Origin: a bacterium
Lineage (GTDB): Bacteria > SAR324 > NAC60-12
NCBI GenBank assembly: GCA_965233585.1
Contig: CBDDTI010000747.1
Coordinates: 96,001 to 160,000 of the forward strand
Reading direction: 5' to 3'
DNA: 64,000 nt
Shown here one piece after another: positions 11,301 through 21,338 of the stretch. The notes under the pieces are model-generated. The model was not told the DNA's origin. It saw only the letters and a program-made list of their open reading frames with translations, and made no database searches. Numbering within the stretch: position 1 is the stretch's first letter; each line of letters starts with the position of its first letter. Both the position numbers and the translations under genes were made by a program.

Positions 11301-13448
11301 ATGAATCATCAAAATTTTAAAAAACATATAGAAGATATTTTAAAAGCAGATACAAGACTTTGGTATCAAGAAACCCACGAAGACGGAACTAAAACCACCA
11401 AATTAGACCAAATCTTACTCATTGATTTAGCTGAAAAACATGATGCAAGAATCTTGTCTTTGCTCTTTGCTGATGAAACTTTAAAAGAAAAGTTTTTTGT
11501 CAAAATAGGAGAAAGTTATGTGTTTAGAAATAGAGACTTTCAATTCTTTTTAGAAGAAAACAAAGTGGATAATTCTTATACAAAATATAAAAACCGTATT
11601 GGTTTAAGTGATGGCAAAAGGTTCTTAAAAGACAATAAAGAAGTCGTTTTAAATTTTCCTTTTAAGGATTGCACTTTAGAAGGTGGACAATCAACAGAAG
11701 AAGGACAAGATAGCTATTTTGAGATTGCGGGTCAAGCCCGCAATGACGGTCACAGTCATTCCGCACTTGATGCGGAATCTCCAGAGATTTATAACCAAAA
11801 ACAAGCCAAACGCAAAGAAATCTTTTTTAATGAAATTTTAGCAGCCGATGAGATAGACCGATTAAAAGATGAAAAAGCCTTAGTGAATTGGCAACGGTTT
11901 GATGTTGATGATAAAAATGTAGGGACAGACCCACGTGTCTGTCCAAATGAAAACGGACAAACAAATTTACACGATGGACAAACACATAGGTTTGTCCCTA
12001 CGGAAATAAAACGAGACCAAAACGGCACGATTAAAGAAAATCTTATCATTAAAGGCAATAACCTTTTGGCTTTGTATTCTCTCAAAAAACAATTTGCTAA
12101 GAAAATCAAACTCATTTACATTGACCCACCTTATAACACAGGAGGCGATGCCAATATTTTTACTTATAATAATAATTTTAACCATTCTACTTGGTTAACC
12201 TTTATGAAAAATAGATTAGAGGTAGCAAGGGAATTATTGAGGGAAGACGGATTTATTGCCATTGCCATAGACCATTGTGAACTTGGCTATTTGATTGTTC
12301 TAGCTGATGAGATTTTTGGAAGAGAAAATAGATTAGGGATTATTACTGTTGTGCATAATGCTGGTGGTAGACCTGATGCAACTTTTTTCTCTGTTTCAAA
12401 TGAGTATATGCTTGTTTACGCTAAGAATAAAAGCTATGCTAAACTTAAAAATTTTGATTTGCCAGATGAAAAATCTAAAAAATATAGATATAAAGATGAT
12501 AAAGGTTTTTATAAATTAGATATTTTTCACAGAGCAAGTCATAATTCTAATAGAGAAGATAGACCAAATTTATTTTATCCAATTTTTTACAGCAAAGAAA
12601 AAAATATACTTTCTACTATCAAGAAAGAAAATTTTATAGAAATTTATCCAATAGATAATCATGGAAATGAAAAATGTTGGAGATGGAGTAAAGAAAGAAC
12701 ACAAGAAAATATAGAAGAATTAGTTATAAAAAAAATAAAAAATCAGTATAGAATTTTTGCTAAAAGCAGATTAGAAAACAATAAAGGAGATAAACCAAGA
12801 ACTTTTTGGAACGATAGTAAATATTCTGGAAGCAGTGGAAGTATTTTATTAAGTAAACTATTAGGACACTCTAAACCACTTTCATTTCCCAAATCCCTTT
12901 ACACTATTTTAGACACTCTCAAACTAACAACAGAAAAGGACGACATTATTTTAGATTTTCATGCAGGTTCTGGAACAACGGGGCATGCTGTTTTGGCTTT
13001 GAATAAAGAGGATGGAGGAAACAGGAAATTTATTTTAGTAGAGCAGTTAGACCAGCATATAGACATTTGCAAAGAACGAATACAGAAAGTATTAGAAAAA
13101 GAAAATATTAATGATTCTTTTGTCTACTGTGAAATTGCCAAATGGAACGAACAAGCGAGGGAGCAAATATTAGCTTGTCAAAGTTTAGAACAACTAAAAA
13201 CTTTTTTTAGTGAAATGGTAGATAAATATTTTCTCAATTACAACCTGAAAATAAAAGAGTTTCAAGAAAAAGTTTTGCAAGAAGATGAATTTAAAAACTT
13301 ACCTTTGAACAAACAAAAAGAAATATTTATCACGATGCTAGATAATAATCAAATGTATGTGTGTAGAAGTGAGATGGAAGACGCAAAGTTTGGCATTAGT
13401 GAGGAGGACATTGAGATGACGAGGGAGTTTTATGGCAATAATAATTAA
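11301..13448 (+). CDS. mod: Type III restriction-modification methyltransferase (Mod) carrying in-frame REP insertions
   Basis: NLIIKGNNLLAL, IYIDPPYNTG, FPKS..IILDFHAGSGTTGHAV; paired with res downstream. Confidence 0.93.
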   Translation: MNHQNFKKHIEDILKADTRLWYQETHEDGTKTTKLDQILLIDLAEKHDARILSLLFADETLKEKFFVKIGESYVFRNRDFQFFLEENKVDNSYTKYKNRIGLSDGKRFLKDNKEVVLNFPFKDCTLEGGQSTEEGQDSYFEIAGQARNDGHSHSALDAESPEIYNQKQAKRKEIFFNEILAADEIDRLKDEKALVNWQRFDVDDKNVGTDPRVCPNENGQTNLHDGQTHRFVPTEIKRDQNGTIKENLIIKGNNLLALYSLKKQFAKKIKLIYIDPPYNTGGDANIFTYNNNFNHSTWLTFMKNRLEVARELLREDGFIAIAIDHCELGYLIVLADEIFGRENRLGIITVVHNAGGRPDATFFSVSNEYMLVYAKNKSYAKLKNFDLPDEKSKKYRYKDDKGFYKLDIFHRASHNSNREDRPNLFYPIFYSKEKNILSTIKKENFIEIYPIDNHGNEKCWRWSKERTQENIEELVIKKIKNQYRIFAKSRLENNKGDKPRTFWNDSKYSGSSGSILLSKLLGHSKPLSFPKSLYTILDTLKLTTEKDDIILDFHAGSGTTGHAVLALNKEDGGNRKFILVEQLDQHIDICKERIQKVLEKENINDSFVYCEIAKWNEQAREQILACQSLEQLKTFFSEMVDKYFLNYNLKIKEFQEKVLQEDEFKNLPLNKQKEIFITMLDNNQMYVCRSEMEDAKFGISEEDIEMTREFYGNNN
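11721..11781. repeat. Pair of GTCATT-type (CGTC-like) palindromic REP elements inside mod
   Basis: GAGATTGCGGGTCAAGCCCGCAATGACGG (11721-11749) and CAGTCATTCCGCACTTGATGCGGAATCTC (11753-11781); near-identical inverted copies at 60846-60874 and 60772-60800. Confidence 0.88.
11919..12001. repeat. GTAG-type REP doublet (REPIN-like) inside mod
   Basis: GTAGGGACAGACCCACGTGTCTGTCC (11919-11944) and inverted GGACAAACACATAGGTTTGTCCCTAC (11976-12001); same REP occurs in the RAYT gene. Confidence 0.9.
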
Positions 13449-13471
13449 AAATTTTAATAAAGGATAAGAAT

Positions 13472-16027
13472 ATGAAAAATGAATTAAAAATATTTATAAG
13501 TTATTCACATCAAGATGAGGAATATGTTACTGGATTTGAAAAATATTTTGAACCGATAAAGAATAAATATAATTTGAAGTTATGGCATGATACAAAAAAT
13601 AAAGCAGGCGATAAATTTCAGCAAAAAATAGATAAGAATCTAAATGATTCAGATATTATTCTTTTATTTGTTTCTGCTAATTTTTTTTCATCTGATGCTT
13701 GTAAAAAAGAATTAAAAGAATCTTTAAAATTAAGAAATGAGAAAAATGCTATTATTGTTCCTATCATTTTATCTACTTGTGCATGGAAAGAAACAGAATT
13801 AAAAGATTTATTATGTGTTCCAAAAGATGGAAAACCTGTATCAGATTTTGAAGACAAAAATAAAGCATGGGAGGATGTTAGTAACTCAATTAAAAAACAT
13901 ATTGAAGAATTGAATCAAATAAACAATTTAAAAATAGAAGACAGTTTTAAAAAATTTTTAGAAAGCTGTGAAATTTTGGAAAAGGCTCATCAAAATAAAC
14001 AAAATGTTTCATTAGAAGATATTTTTGTTTCTCCTCAATTAGAATGTTTTGATGAACTTAGAGAATCTGAAGAGACAACTATTAATTATCAGGAACTAGA
14101 AGAAAATATTACTGATTACAAAGCTATTGTTATAGCAGGAGATGACCAATCTGGAAAAACTACTCTATGTAAAAGATTATTTTTAGCACTAAAACAAAAA
14201 AGATATTTACCAGTTTATATTTTTGATAAAGATAAAAAATTACAAGGAAAAATAAAGAATAAAATTGAAAAGGAATTTAAAGAACAATATAACTCTGAAA
14301 ATATAGAATATTCAAAAATTATGAATAGGATTATCCCTATAATAGATAATTTTTACTTGGCTAAACAAAAAGAAAATCATATAAAAAATCTATCTGAATT
14401 TAAATTTTCTATTCTTATCATAGATGATATTTACGGTTTAAATATCAAAGACAAAGATATTATCAAAAAACATAAGCATTTTAGAATAAAAGAGTTTTTG
14501 CCTACTTTAAGAAATGATTTAATTCAAAAGTGGTTGCAATTAACAGATAAAGATAGTCATAATAACGATTCTTATAAAGAATTAGATGAAAAGACAAAAT
14601 TAATAGATACAACTTTAGGAAAGATTATAGGTAATGGAATTGTTCCATCATATCCATTTTTTATATTAACTATCCTTAGCACTTACGAAACAGTTAAACC
14701 TTTAGATGAAAACATTACTTCTCAAGGGCATTGCTATCAAGCATTGATTTACATTGCTTTAAGAAAAGAAATTGATAATAAGGATATAGATATTTATCTT
14801 AATTTTATGAATGTGATTGCTTATAAGTTCTTTGAAACTCAAAAAAAAGAATTTAATGAAGAGGAATTAAATAGTTTCATAACTGAATATAAAGAAAAGT
14901 ATAATCTTCCTTTTCAAGAAGACAATTTACTTTCCAAATTAATCAGAGTAAATATTTTGAAGAAAGATTCTTTTGGCAACATTAGTTTTAAATACGATTA
15001 TTTATATTTTTATTTTGTAGCAAAATATATTGCGGAGCATATTGATGAAAACAAAAAAACTATTGATAATATCATCGCTAATCTCCACAAAAACGAAAAT
15101 GCTTATATTACTATATTTATATCTCATCATTCTAAAGATAATTATGTTCTTGATGAAGTAGTTTTAAATGCTATGTGTTTATTTGATAAATATGAATCTG
15201 CAACTTTAGAAAAAAAGGAAATCAGCTTTTTGGATAATGAAGTAAAAAATATTATTGATGCTTCACTCCCTAAACCAGATGAAAGTTCAGAACAACATAG
15301 AGCGAAACAATTAGAAATAGAAAGTCAAATTGAAGAGTCAAAAAATAAAAAACCTTTAAATGAAGATGAACAAGATATAGACCCGCTTGATTTAGAAATA
15401 AGACGAAGTATTAAAACGGTAGAAGTTATGGGTAGAATTATCCGAAACCGTGCTGGTTCTTTAGAAAATGATAGATTAAAACAAATTTTTGAAAATGGAA
15501 TGAATGTTCATCTAAGATTCTTAAAATTATTTTTAGAGTTGATGAAAGATAAAGATCAACAAGAATTTATTATAGATTTTATACGAGATAGATTAAATAA
15601 AACAGTTAAAGAATCTAAAGAGAAGATATCAGAACAAGAATTAAAAAAAATAGCTGAAAAAATATTTTGGAATTTAAATTTTCAATTCTTATATGTTGTT
15701 ATCAATAAAACAATACATTCATTAGGATCAGATAATTTAACAAATATTACTAACAATGTGTGTGATAAAATAAATACTCCTGCTTCTTTTTTAATCAAAC
15801 ACGGTATTTTAATGTGGTATTCTAAAAATCTTCAAATTGATAGTCTTTATAAAAAAACAACAGAAAAGACGTTTTCAGATACAGCAAAAAAATTAATAAA
15901 TTATTTTATTGTATCTTATTGTTATATGCACAAAATAAATTATAAAGATAGACAAAAATTAGAACAAAATTTTGGCTTTTCATCTAAAAAATTACTTCTT
16001 AATAAACCTCAAAAACCAACGCAATAA
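13472..16027 (+). CDS. TIR domain + P-loop NTPase (STAND-like) protein, putative anti-phage effector
   Basis: N-terminal TIR (IFISYSHQD..SANFFSSDACKKEL..IVPIIL); Walker A GDDQSGKTT; IIPIIDNF; long helical C-terminus. Confidence 0.85.
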   Translation: MKNELKIFISYSHQDEEYVTGFEKYFEPIKNKYNLKLWHDTKNKAGDKFQQKIDKNLNDSDIILLFVSANFFSSDACKKELKESLKLRNEKNAIIVPIILSTCAWKETELKDLLCVPKDGKPVSDFEDKNKAWEDVSNSIKKHIEELNQINNLKIEDSFKKFLESCEILEKAHQNKQNVSLEDIFVSPQLECFDELRESEETTINYQELEENITDYKAIVIAGDDQSGKTTLCKRLFLALKQKRYLPVYIFDKDKKLQGKIKNKIEKEFKEQYNSENIEYSKIMNRIIPIIDNFYLAKQKENHIKNLSEFKFSILIIDDIYGLNIKDKDIIKKHKHFRIKEFLPTLRNDLIQKWLQLTDKDSHNNDSYKELDEKTKLIDTTLGKIIGNGIVPSYPFFILTILSTYETVKPLDENITSQGHCYQALIYIALRKEIDNKDIDIYLNFMNVIAYKFFETQKKEFNEEELNSFITEYKEKYNLPFQEDNLLSKLIRVNILKKDSFGNISFKYDYLYFYFVAKYIAEHIDENKKTIDNIIANLHKNENAYITIFISHHSKDNYVLDEVVLNAMCLFDKYESATLEKKEISFLDNEVKNIIDASLPKPDESSEQHRAKQLEIESQIEESKNKKPLNEDEQDIDPLDLEIRRSIKTVEVMGRIIRNRAGSLENDRLKQIFENGMNVHLRFLKLFLELMKDKDQQEFIIDFIRDRLNKTVKESKEKISEQELKKIAEKIFWNLNFQFLYVVINKTIHSLGSDNLTNITNNVCDKINTPASFLIKHGILMWYSKNLQIDSLYKKTTEKTFSDTAKKLINYFIVSYCYMHKINYKDRQKLEQNFGFSSKKLLLNKPQKPTQ

Positions 16028-16707
16028 TGACCCCTAATCCCACAATCAAATCCCGCAAGCCCAACCGATTAAAAGGTTATGGTTATTCTAAGGAAGGTTA
16101 TTATTTTGTTACGATTTGTGTTCAAAATAGGTTGTGTTTGTTTGGGGATATTATAGGTGGCAAGATGGTTTTGAACAGTGCAGGAGAGATGATTAAAAAA
16201 TGGTGGTTAAAATTGCCTGAGAAATTTGAAAATATTTGTTTTGAAGATGTATTTGTTGTCATGCCAAACCATATTCATGGAATTATCATTATTGAAAATA
16301 ATAAACCCATAAGGACAAATCCATGTGTCAATGTAGGGACAGACCCACGTGTCTGTCCAGAAGATAAAAATATCAATTCAACAGACCCATCCGTCAATGT
16401 AGGGACAGACCCACGTGTCTGTCCAGAAGATAAAAATATCAATTCAGCAGAGGACAAACACGCGGGTTTGTCCCTACAAGGTTTGTCATTATCAGAAATG
16501 ATGCAATGGTTTAAAACCATGACCACAAATGAATATATCAAAGGGGTAAAAAATCAAAATTGGCAGGGTTTTGACAAAAAATTATGGCAAAGATCATTTT
16601 ATGACCATGTCATTAGAGATGAAAAAGCATTATTCAATATCCAAAATTACATTATTGAGAACCCGTTAAAATGGGAAAATGACGATTATAATTTAAATAA
16701 GATATGA
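16027..16707 (+). CDS. REP-associated tyrosine transposase (RAYT, Y1 HUH family)
   Basis: YFVTICVQNR, HUH motif VMPNHIHGII, WQRSFYDHVIR, YIIENP. Confidence 0.92.
   Translation: MTPNPTIKSRKPNRLKGYGYSKEGYYFVTICVQNRLCLFGDIIGGKMVLNSAGEMIKKWWLKLPEKFENICFEDVFVVMPNHIHGIIIIENNKPIRTNPCVNVGTDPRVCPEDKNINSTDPSVNVGTDPRVCPEDKNINSAEDKHAGLSLQGLSLSEMMQWFKTMTTNEYIKGVKNQNWQGFDKKLWQRSFYDHVIRDEKALFNIQNYIIENPLKWENDDYNLNKI
16327..16477. repeat. GTAG REP copies and a 66-bp-period tandem duplication inside RAYT
   Basis: GTAGGGACAGACCCACGTGTCTGTCC at 16333 and 16399, inverted copy at 16452-16477; translated as VNVGTDPRVCPEDKNINS twice. Confidence 0.9.
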
Positions 16708-19478
16708 CTCCAACTAACAACCTACACCAAACCATCTCCACTCAAAAACAAGCACTTAAAAACTTTCAACCTGAAATTTTTGAGATACCGAAATACATTA
16801 CTGATAATCTCAAACATTCTTTTTTTGATTGGCAGAGAGAGGCATTTGAAAATTTATTATTTTACGAACATCCAAATTCCAAGCTAAAAAAATCCCCCAC
16901 TCACTTAATGTTTAATATGGCAACAGGAACGGGAAAAACACTGCTGATGGCAGCAAGCATTTTGTATTATTACAAGCAAGGTTATAGACATTTTATATTT
17001 TTTGTCAATCAAAATAACATCATAGACAAAACAGAAAATAATTTTATAGAAAATACCCACAACAAATATTTGTTTACAGAGAAAGTCATTATAGAAGATA
17101 AAATTATCCCGATTGAAAAGGTCAATGTTTTTAGTGATGAACCGCAGGGCATAGAAATCAAATTTACCTCTATTCAAAAGCTCTATAATGATATTCACCT
17201 ACAAAGAGAAAACCAAACAACTTTAGACGATTTACAAAGCAGAAATATTGTGATGCTTGCCGATGAAGCACATCATCTCAATGCGAATACTAAAAAAAAT
17301 GAACAAGAAAGTTTGATACACACAGAACTAAAAGGGAACACAGGAAAAGAAATAGTAGAGAGAAAAGGTTGGGAACATACGGTTATAGAGTTGATATTAA
17401 ACAAGCAAGGTTATCAAGGACAGGAACAAAATAAAAATGTATTATTAGAATTTACAGCAACCATTCCTGATAATAAACAAGTAGCCAATAAATACCAAGA
17501 CAAAATCATTTATCAATTCACCTTAAAAGAATTTCTACAAGCAGGTTATACCAAAGAGATTAATCTTATCTCTTCTACTTTGGATAAAAAAGAAAGGGTT
17601 TTACAGGCATTACTTTTTCAGTGGTATAGGCATCAAATTGCACTTAAAAACAAGATTGCTAATTTTAAACCTGTGATTTTGTTTAGAAGCAAAACCATTG
17701 AAGAATCTAAACAAGATTATGAAGAATTTTTAACTTGTATAGAAGATTTAGAAAGTAAAGATTTTGATTTTTGTCAAACCATAGCAAGTAAAATTCATCA
17801 AGCTCATAAAACTAACCCAAATGAAATCGGAAAATCCAGAACAGAGCAGGTTTTAAACTATATCCAAAAAAATAATATTCAATTTGTAGAGATTAGCGAT
17901 TGGATAAAACAAAACTTTAAAGAACAAAATACCATTATCACTAATTCTAAAACCAACACAACCAAAAAGGAAAAAACAGAAGAAGAGACAGAGAAATTGC
18001 TTAATTCTTTAGAAGATAAAAACAACCATATCCGAGCTATTTTTACGGTAGATAGATTGACAGAAGGTTGGGATGTGCTGAACCTTTTTGATATTGTGCG
18101 GCTGTATCAAGGGCAAAATACAGGGGGAAGCACGAAAAAGACCCCTGAAGCTACTACCAAAGAAAAACAGTTGATAGGTAGAGGGGTACGGTATTTTCCT
18201 TTTCAATTTCAAGATCAACAAGTCAACAAAAGAAAATTTGATAATGATTTAAACGATGAACTTAGGATTTTAGAAGAATTGTTTTATTATACCTATGATG
18301 AAGATTCAAAATATATTTCACACTTAAAAGCAGAATTGAAAAAAGATGGTTATATAAAAGACGATAGAACCATTAAAACCTTTGATTTAAAAAGTGATTT
18401 TAAACAAAGTTGTTTTTATAAAGAAACTATTATTTGGTATAATGAACAAAGAGATAACCCAGAGAGAAAAAAGAAGGATTTACAAAATATCAAACAAGAT
18501 TTTAGCTTTGAATATAAAATTCAAGACTTAGAGCTAACAGAGCAAAAAGGTATTTTAGATAAAACAGAAAGTCAAGAATCATTACAAATAGCTGAACAGA
18601 GAAATAAAAGAATTAGTAAAAAATTTAGTGAGATTGAAAAACATATTTTTTACAAAGCAATCAACATCAAAGCAAAAGCAGAGGGTTCTCTTTTTCAATT
18701 TGAGAATTTAAGAAAGGAATTAGCCATTACAAGTATAGATGATTTAAGGAAAGATGAATTTTTAGGGAATTTGGAACTCAAAATAATTACCAATACGAAT
18801 TATGAAGAGATAAGCAATAAAGATAAATTAGATTTAACATTAAAATTTTTAGATAAAGCTATCAATCAACTAAAAGAACATATTCACCCCAAAATAGGCA
18901 GCGAGTTTAAAGCAGGCAATTTTGATACATTTTTTAAACATCCAAAAAGGAAAAGTATTGAACAAAACAATTTAGATCTAACTATTCCAAAAGACAATCA
19001 ATGGTATGTTTTGGATACTTTTGTTGGAACAAACGAAGAAAAAGAACTTGTGCAATTCATCAAAAATAGCATCAGCAATTTGGAGGAAACCTATCAAGAG
19101 ATTTATCTTTTAAAAAATGAAGAAGTCTATAAAATTTATAACTTTAAAGATGGAAAAGGCTTTGCCCCAGACTTTCTTTTATTCCTGAAAACAAAGGACA
19201 AACAAAACACAGGCGTTGCCAGCACAGAAATTTATTACCAAATTTTTATAGAACCAAAAGGGGATCAATTCAAAGATTTGGAAGGTGGCTTTAGAAACTC
19301 TAAAGAAAGTTGGAAAGAGGAGTTTTTAGAACAAATCACCAAAAAATATGGTTTTGGTAAGGTAATAAAGGCAGAAAATCCAAATTATAGATTGATAGGT
19401 CTGCCTTTTTATAACAAAGCAAGTCAACAAATCTTTGAAGAGGAATACAACAAACTTTTAAAATCTGATGAGTTTTGA
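16704..19478 (+). CDS. res: Type III restriction endonuclease (Res) subunit
   Basis: MATGTGKT, LADEAHH, EFTAT, LTEGWDV, QLIGRGVR; C-terminal PDF..FIEPKG nuclease motif. Confidence 0.92.
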   Translation: MTPTNNLHQTISTQKQALKNFQPEIFEIPKYITDNLKHSFFDWQREAFENLLFYEHPNSKLKKSPTHLMFNMATGTGKTLLMAASILYYYKQGYRHFIFFVNQNNIIDKTENNFIENTHNKYLFTEKVIIEDKIIPIEKVNVFSDEPQGIEIKFTSIQKLYNDIHLQRENQTTLDDLQSRNIVMLADEAHHLNANTKKNEQESLIHTELKGNTGKEIVERKGWEHTVIELILNKQGYQGQEQNKNVLLEFTATIPDNKQVANKYQDKIIYQFTLKEFLQAGYTKEINLISSTLDKKERVLQALLFQWYRHQIALKNKIANFKPVILFRSKTIEESKQDYEEFLTCIEDLESKDFDFCQTIASKIHQAHKTNPNEIGKSRTEQVLNYIQKNNIQFVEISDWIKQNFKEQNTIITNSKTNTTKKEKTEEETEKLLNSLEDKNNHIRAIFTVDRLTEGWDVLNLFDIVRLYQGQNTGGSTKKTPEATTKEKQLIGRGVRYFPFQFQDQQVNKRKFDNDLNDELRILEELFYYTYDEDSKYISHLKAELKKDGYIKDDRTIKTFDLKSDFKQSCFYKETIIWYNEQRDNPERKKKDLQNIKQDFSFEYKIQDLELTEQKGILDKTESQESLQIAEQRNKRISKKFSEIEKHIFYKAINIKAKAEGSLFQFENLRKELAITSIDDLRKDEFLGNLELKIITNTNYEEISNKDKLDLTLKFLDKAINQLKEHIHPKIGSEFKAGNFDTFFKHPKRKSIEQNNLDLTIPKDNQWYVLDTFVGTNEEKELVQFIKNSISNLEETYQEIYLLKNEEVYKIYNFKDGKGFAPDFLLFLKTKDKQNTGVASTEIYYQIFIEPKGDQFKDLEGGFRNSKESWKEEFLEQITKKYGFGKVIKAENPNYRLIGLPFYNKASQQIFEEEYNKLLKSDEF

Positions 19479-20220
19479 GATTTGGCAACTTGCTTTACTT
19501 GGTGGTGTAGGAATTTTTGCAGGCTGGCTGAATGTGCTGGCAGGTGGGGGGTCTTTAATGACTATTCCAATCATGCTGTTTATGGGGATTCCTGCTCCTG
19601 TTGCTAATGGAACAAACCGCATTGGCATTTTGTTTCAAAACCTTGCTGCAATCTATGGTTTTTTTCAAAAAGGACTTCATCAGGTGAAGTTAAGTTTAAG
19701 TTTGGCAGCATGTGCAACGTTTGGGGCAATCATCGGTGCTTCTTTGGGTGTTCAAATCACAGGCAAGTTGTTTGATTATTTGTTAGCGGCAGTCATGCTG
19801 GCGGTGATGTTACTCACAGCACTAGGGAACAAAAGTGAAAGCCGTGACCAGTTAGGTAACCCAAAAAATTTGATGCTAGGACACTTCTGCATGATTGGTG
19901 CGGGGGTTTGGGGCGGAATGATTCAAATCGGCATAGGGTTTATCTTAATGCCTATTCTCAATCGCATCATGGGCTTCAACTTGGTTCACACGAACATGCA
20001 CAAGGTCACAATCGTTGCCTGTTACACGTCAGCAGCATTGATTGTGTTTGCTATTCACATACAAATTCTCTGGCTACCGGGAATCATCTTGGCAATAGGG
20101 ACAAGCACGGGGGCTTATCTGGGTGTCCACACAACGACTTTAAAGAAAGGAGAATATTGGATTAAATGGGTGCTTTACCTCACTATCACTGCTTTTATTG
20201 TCAAACTCTTGCTTTTCTAA
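19468..20220 (+). CDS. TauE/SafE-family sulfite exporter
   Basis: AGWLNVLAGGGSL..P..ANGTN; about 8 hydrophobic segments in two repeats. Confidence 0.88.
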   Translation: MSFEIWQLALLGGVGIFAGWLNVLAGGGSLMTIPIMLFMGIPAPVANGTNRIGILFQNLAAIYGFFQKGLHQVKLSLSLAACATFGAIIGASLGVQITGKLFDYLLAAVMLAVMLLTALGNKSESRDQLGNPKNLMLGHFCMIGAGVWGGMIQIGIGFILMPILNRIMGFNLVHTNMHKVTIVACYTSAALIVFAIHIQILWLPGIILAIGTSTGAYLGVHTTTLKKGEYWIKWVLYLTITAFIVKLLLF

Positions 20221-20273
20221 CTCATTCATATTAAAGTCTCTGGTCAATGTAAACCTGCACTTATGAAAAGACA

Positions 20274-21338
20274 ATGGCACGTATAGAGTTAAAAAATTTG
20301 ACAAAACGTTGGGGGAGTTTTGAAGCGGTGAAAGAGACTAGCATTGACATTCAAGACAAAGAATTTTTAGTCTTGCTTGGGCCCAGCGGTTGTGGAAAGA
20401 CAACAACAATGCGAATGGTGGCAGGGTTAGAGTCACCCACGTCAGGAGAAATCCTAATAGATGGGAAGTTGGTCAATGACTTAGAACCCAAAGACCGCAA
20501 TGTGGCAATGGTCTTTCAATCCTATGCACTTTATGCACATCTCACCGTTTATGAAAACATTTGCTTCCCCTTAAAAGTCAGACGCATTCCCAAAAAACAA
20601 TGGAAAGATGCCGCTTTGAAAGCTGCAAAGATGGTAGAGTTAGACCATCTTTTAGAAAGATACCCCAAAGAGCTTTCAGGGGGGCAACGTCAGCGAGTTG
20701 CTTTGGCAAGAGCCATTGTTAGGCAAAAGCCAAGCTGTTTTTTGATGGACGAGCCTCTTTCTAACTTAGATGCCAAGCTTCGTGTCACCATGAGAACAGA
20801 AATCAAACATTTACAAGAACAACTTCAAGTGACGACAATTTACGTCACACATGACCAAATAGAAGCTATGACTTTGGCAGACCGTGTGGCACTCATTAAA
20901 CATGGCGTCATACAACAGCTTGGAACGCCCCAAGAAATTTACAACAATCCCCAAACTCTCTTTGTTGCAGGCTTTATTGGCAATCCTGCTATGAATTTGA
21001 TTCATGGTGAGCTAGTTGATGGCAAGTTTCGCTCCGATGGTATCCAAGCAAAAATGACTGATGGTCTTTCCAAAAGCAATGTCATTTTGGGAGTTCGTGC
21101 AGAAGATTTGCAACTGCAAGCCCCTGGAGAAGGTGACATACAAGGACAAGTCTATGCCTTTGAACAATTAGGCGAGTGCAATATGGTTGTCATGGTGCTA
21201 GGAGAAGGCAGGTTGTCTGCCAAAGTAGATAAAAACCAGTTCTTTAAAACGGGCGATGCAGTCTCTTTTTCTGCACCTCAAAATGCTTACTATCTCTTTG
21301 ATGGTGAAACTGAACAAAGAATCTATTTAAAAGATTGA
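20274..21338 (+). CDS. Carbohydrate-type ABC transporter ATP-binding protein (MalK/UgpC-like)
   Basis: GPSGCGKTT, LSGGQRQRVA, LMDEPLSNLDAKLR, YVTHDQ. Confidence 0.95.
   Translation: MARIELKNLTKRWGSFEAVKETSIDIQDKEFLVLLGPSGCGKTTTMRMVAGLESPTSGEILIDGKLVNDLEPKDRNVAMVFQSYALYAHLTVYENICFPLKVRRIPKKQWKDAALKAAKMVELDHLLERYPKELSGGQRQRVALARAIVRQKPSCFLMDEPLSNLDAKLRVTMRTEIKHLQEQLQVTTIYVTHDQIEAMTLADRVALIKHGVIQQLGTPQEIYNNPQTLFVAGFIGNPAMNLIHGELVDGKFRSDGIQAKMTDGLSKSNVILGVRAEDLQLQAPGEGDIQGQVYAFEQLGECNMVVMVLGEGRLSAKVDKNQFFKTGDAVSFSAPQNAYYLFDGETEQRIYLKD

Noticed and set aside
11301..11720. Phase-variable mod (phasevarion)
   Set aside because: No simple sequence repeat tract seen in the 5' part of mod
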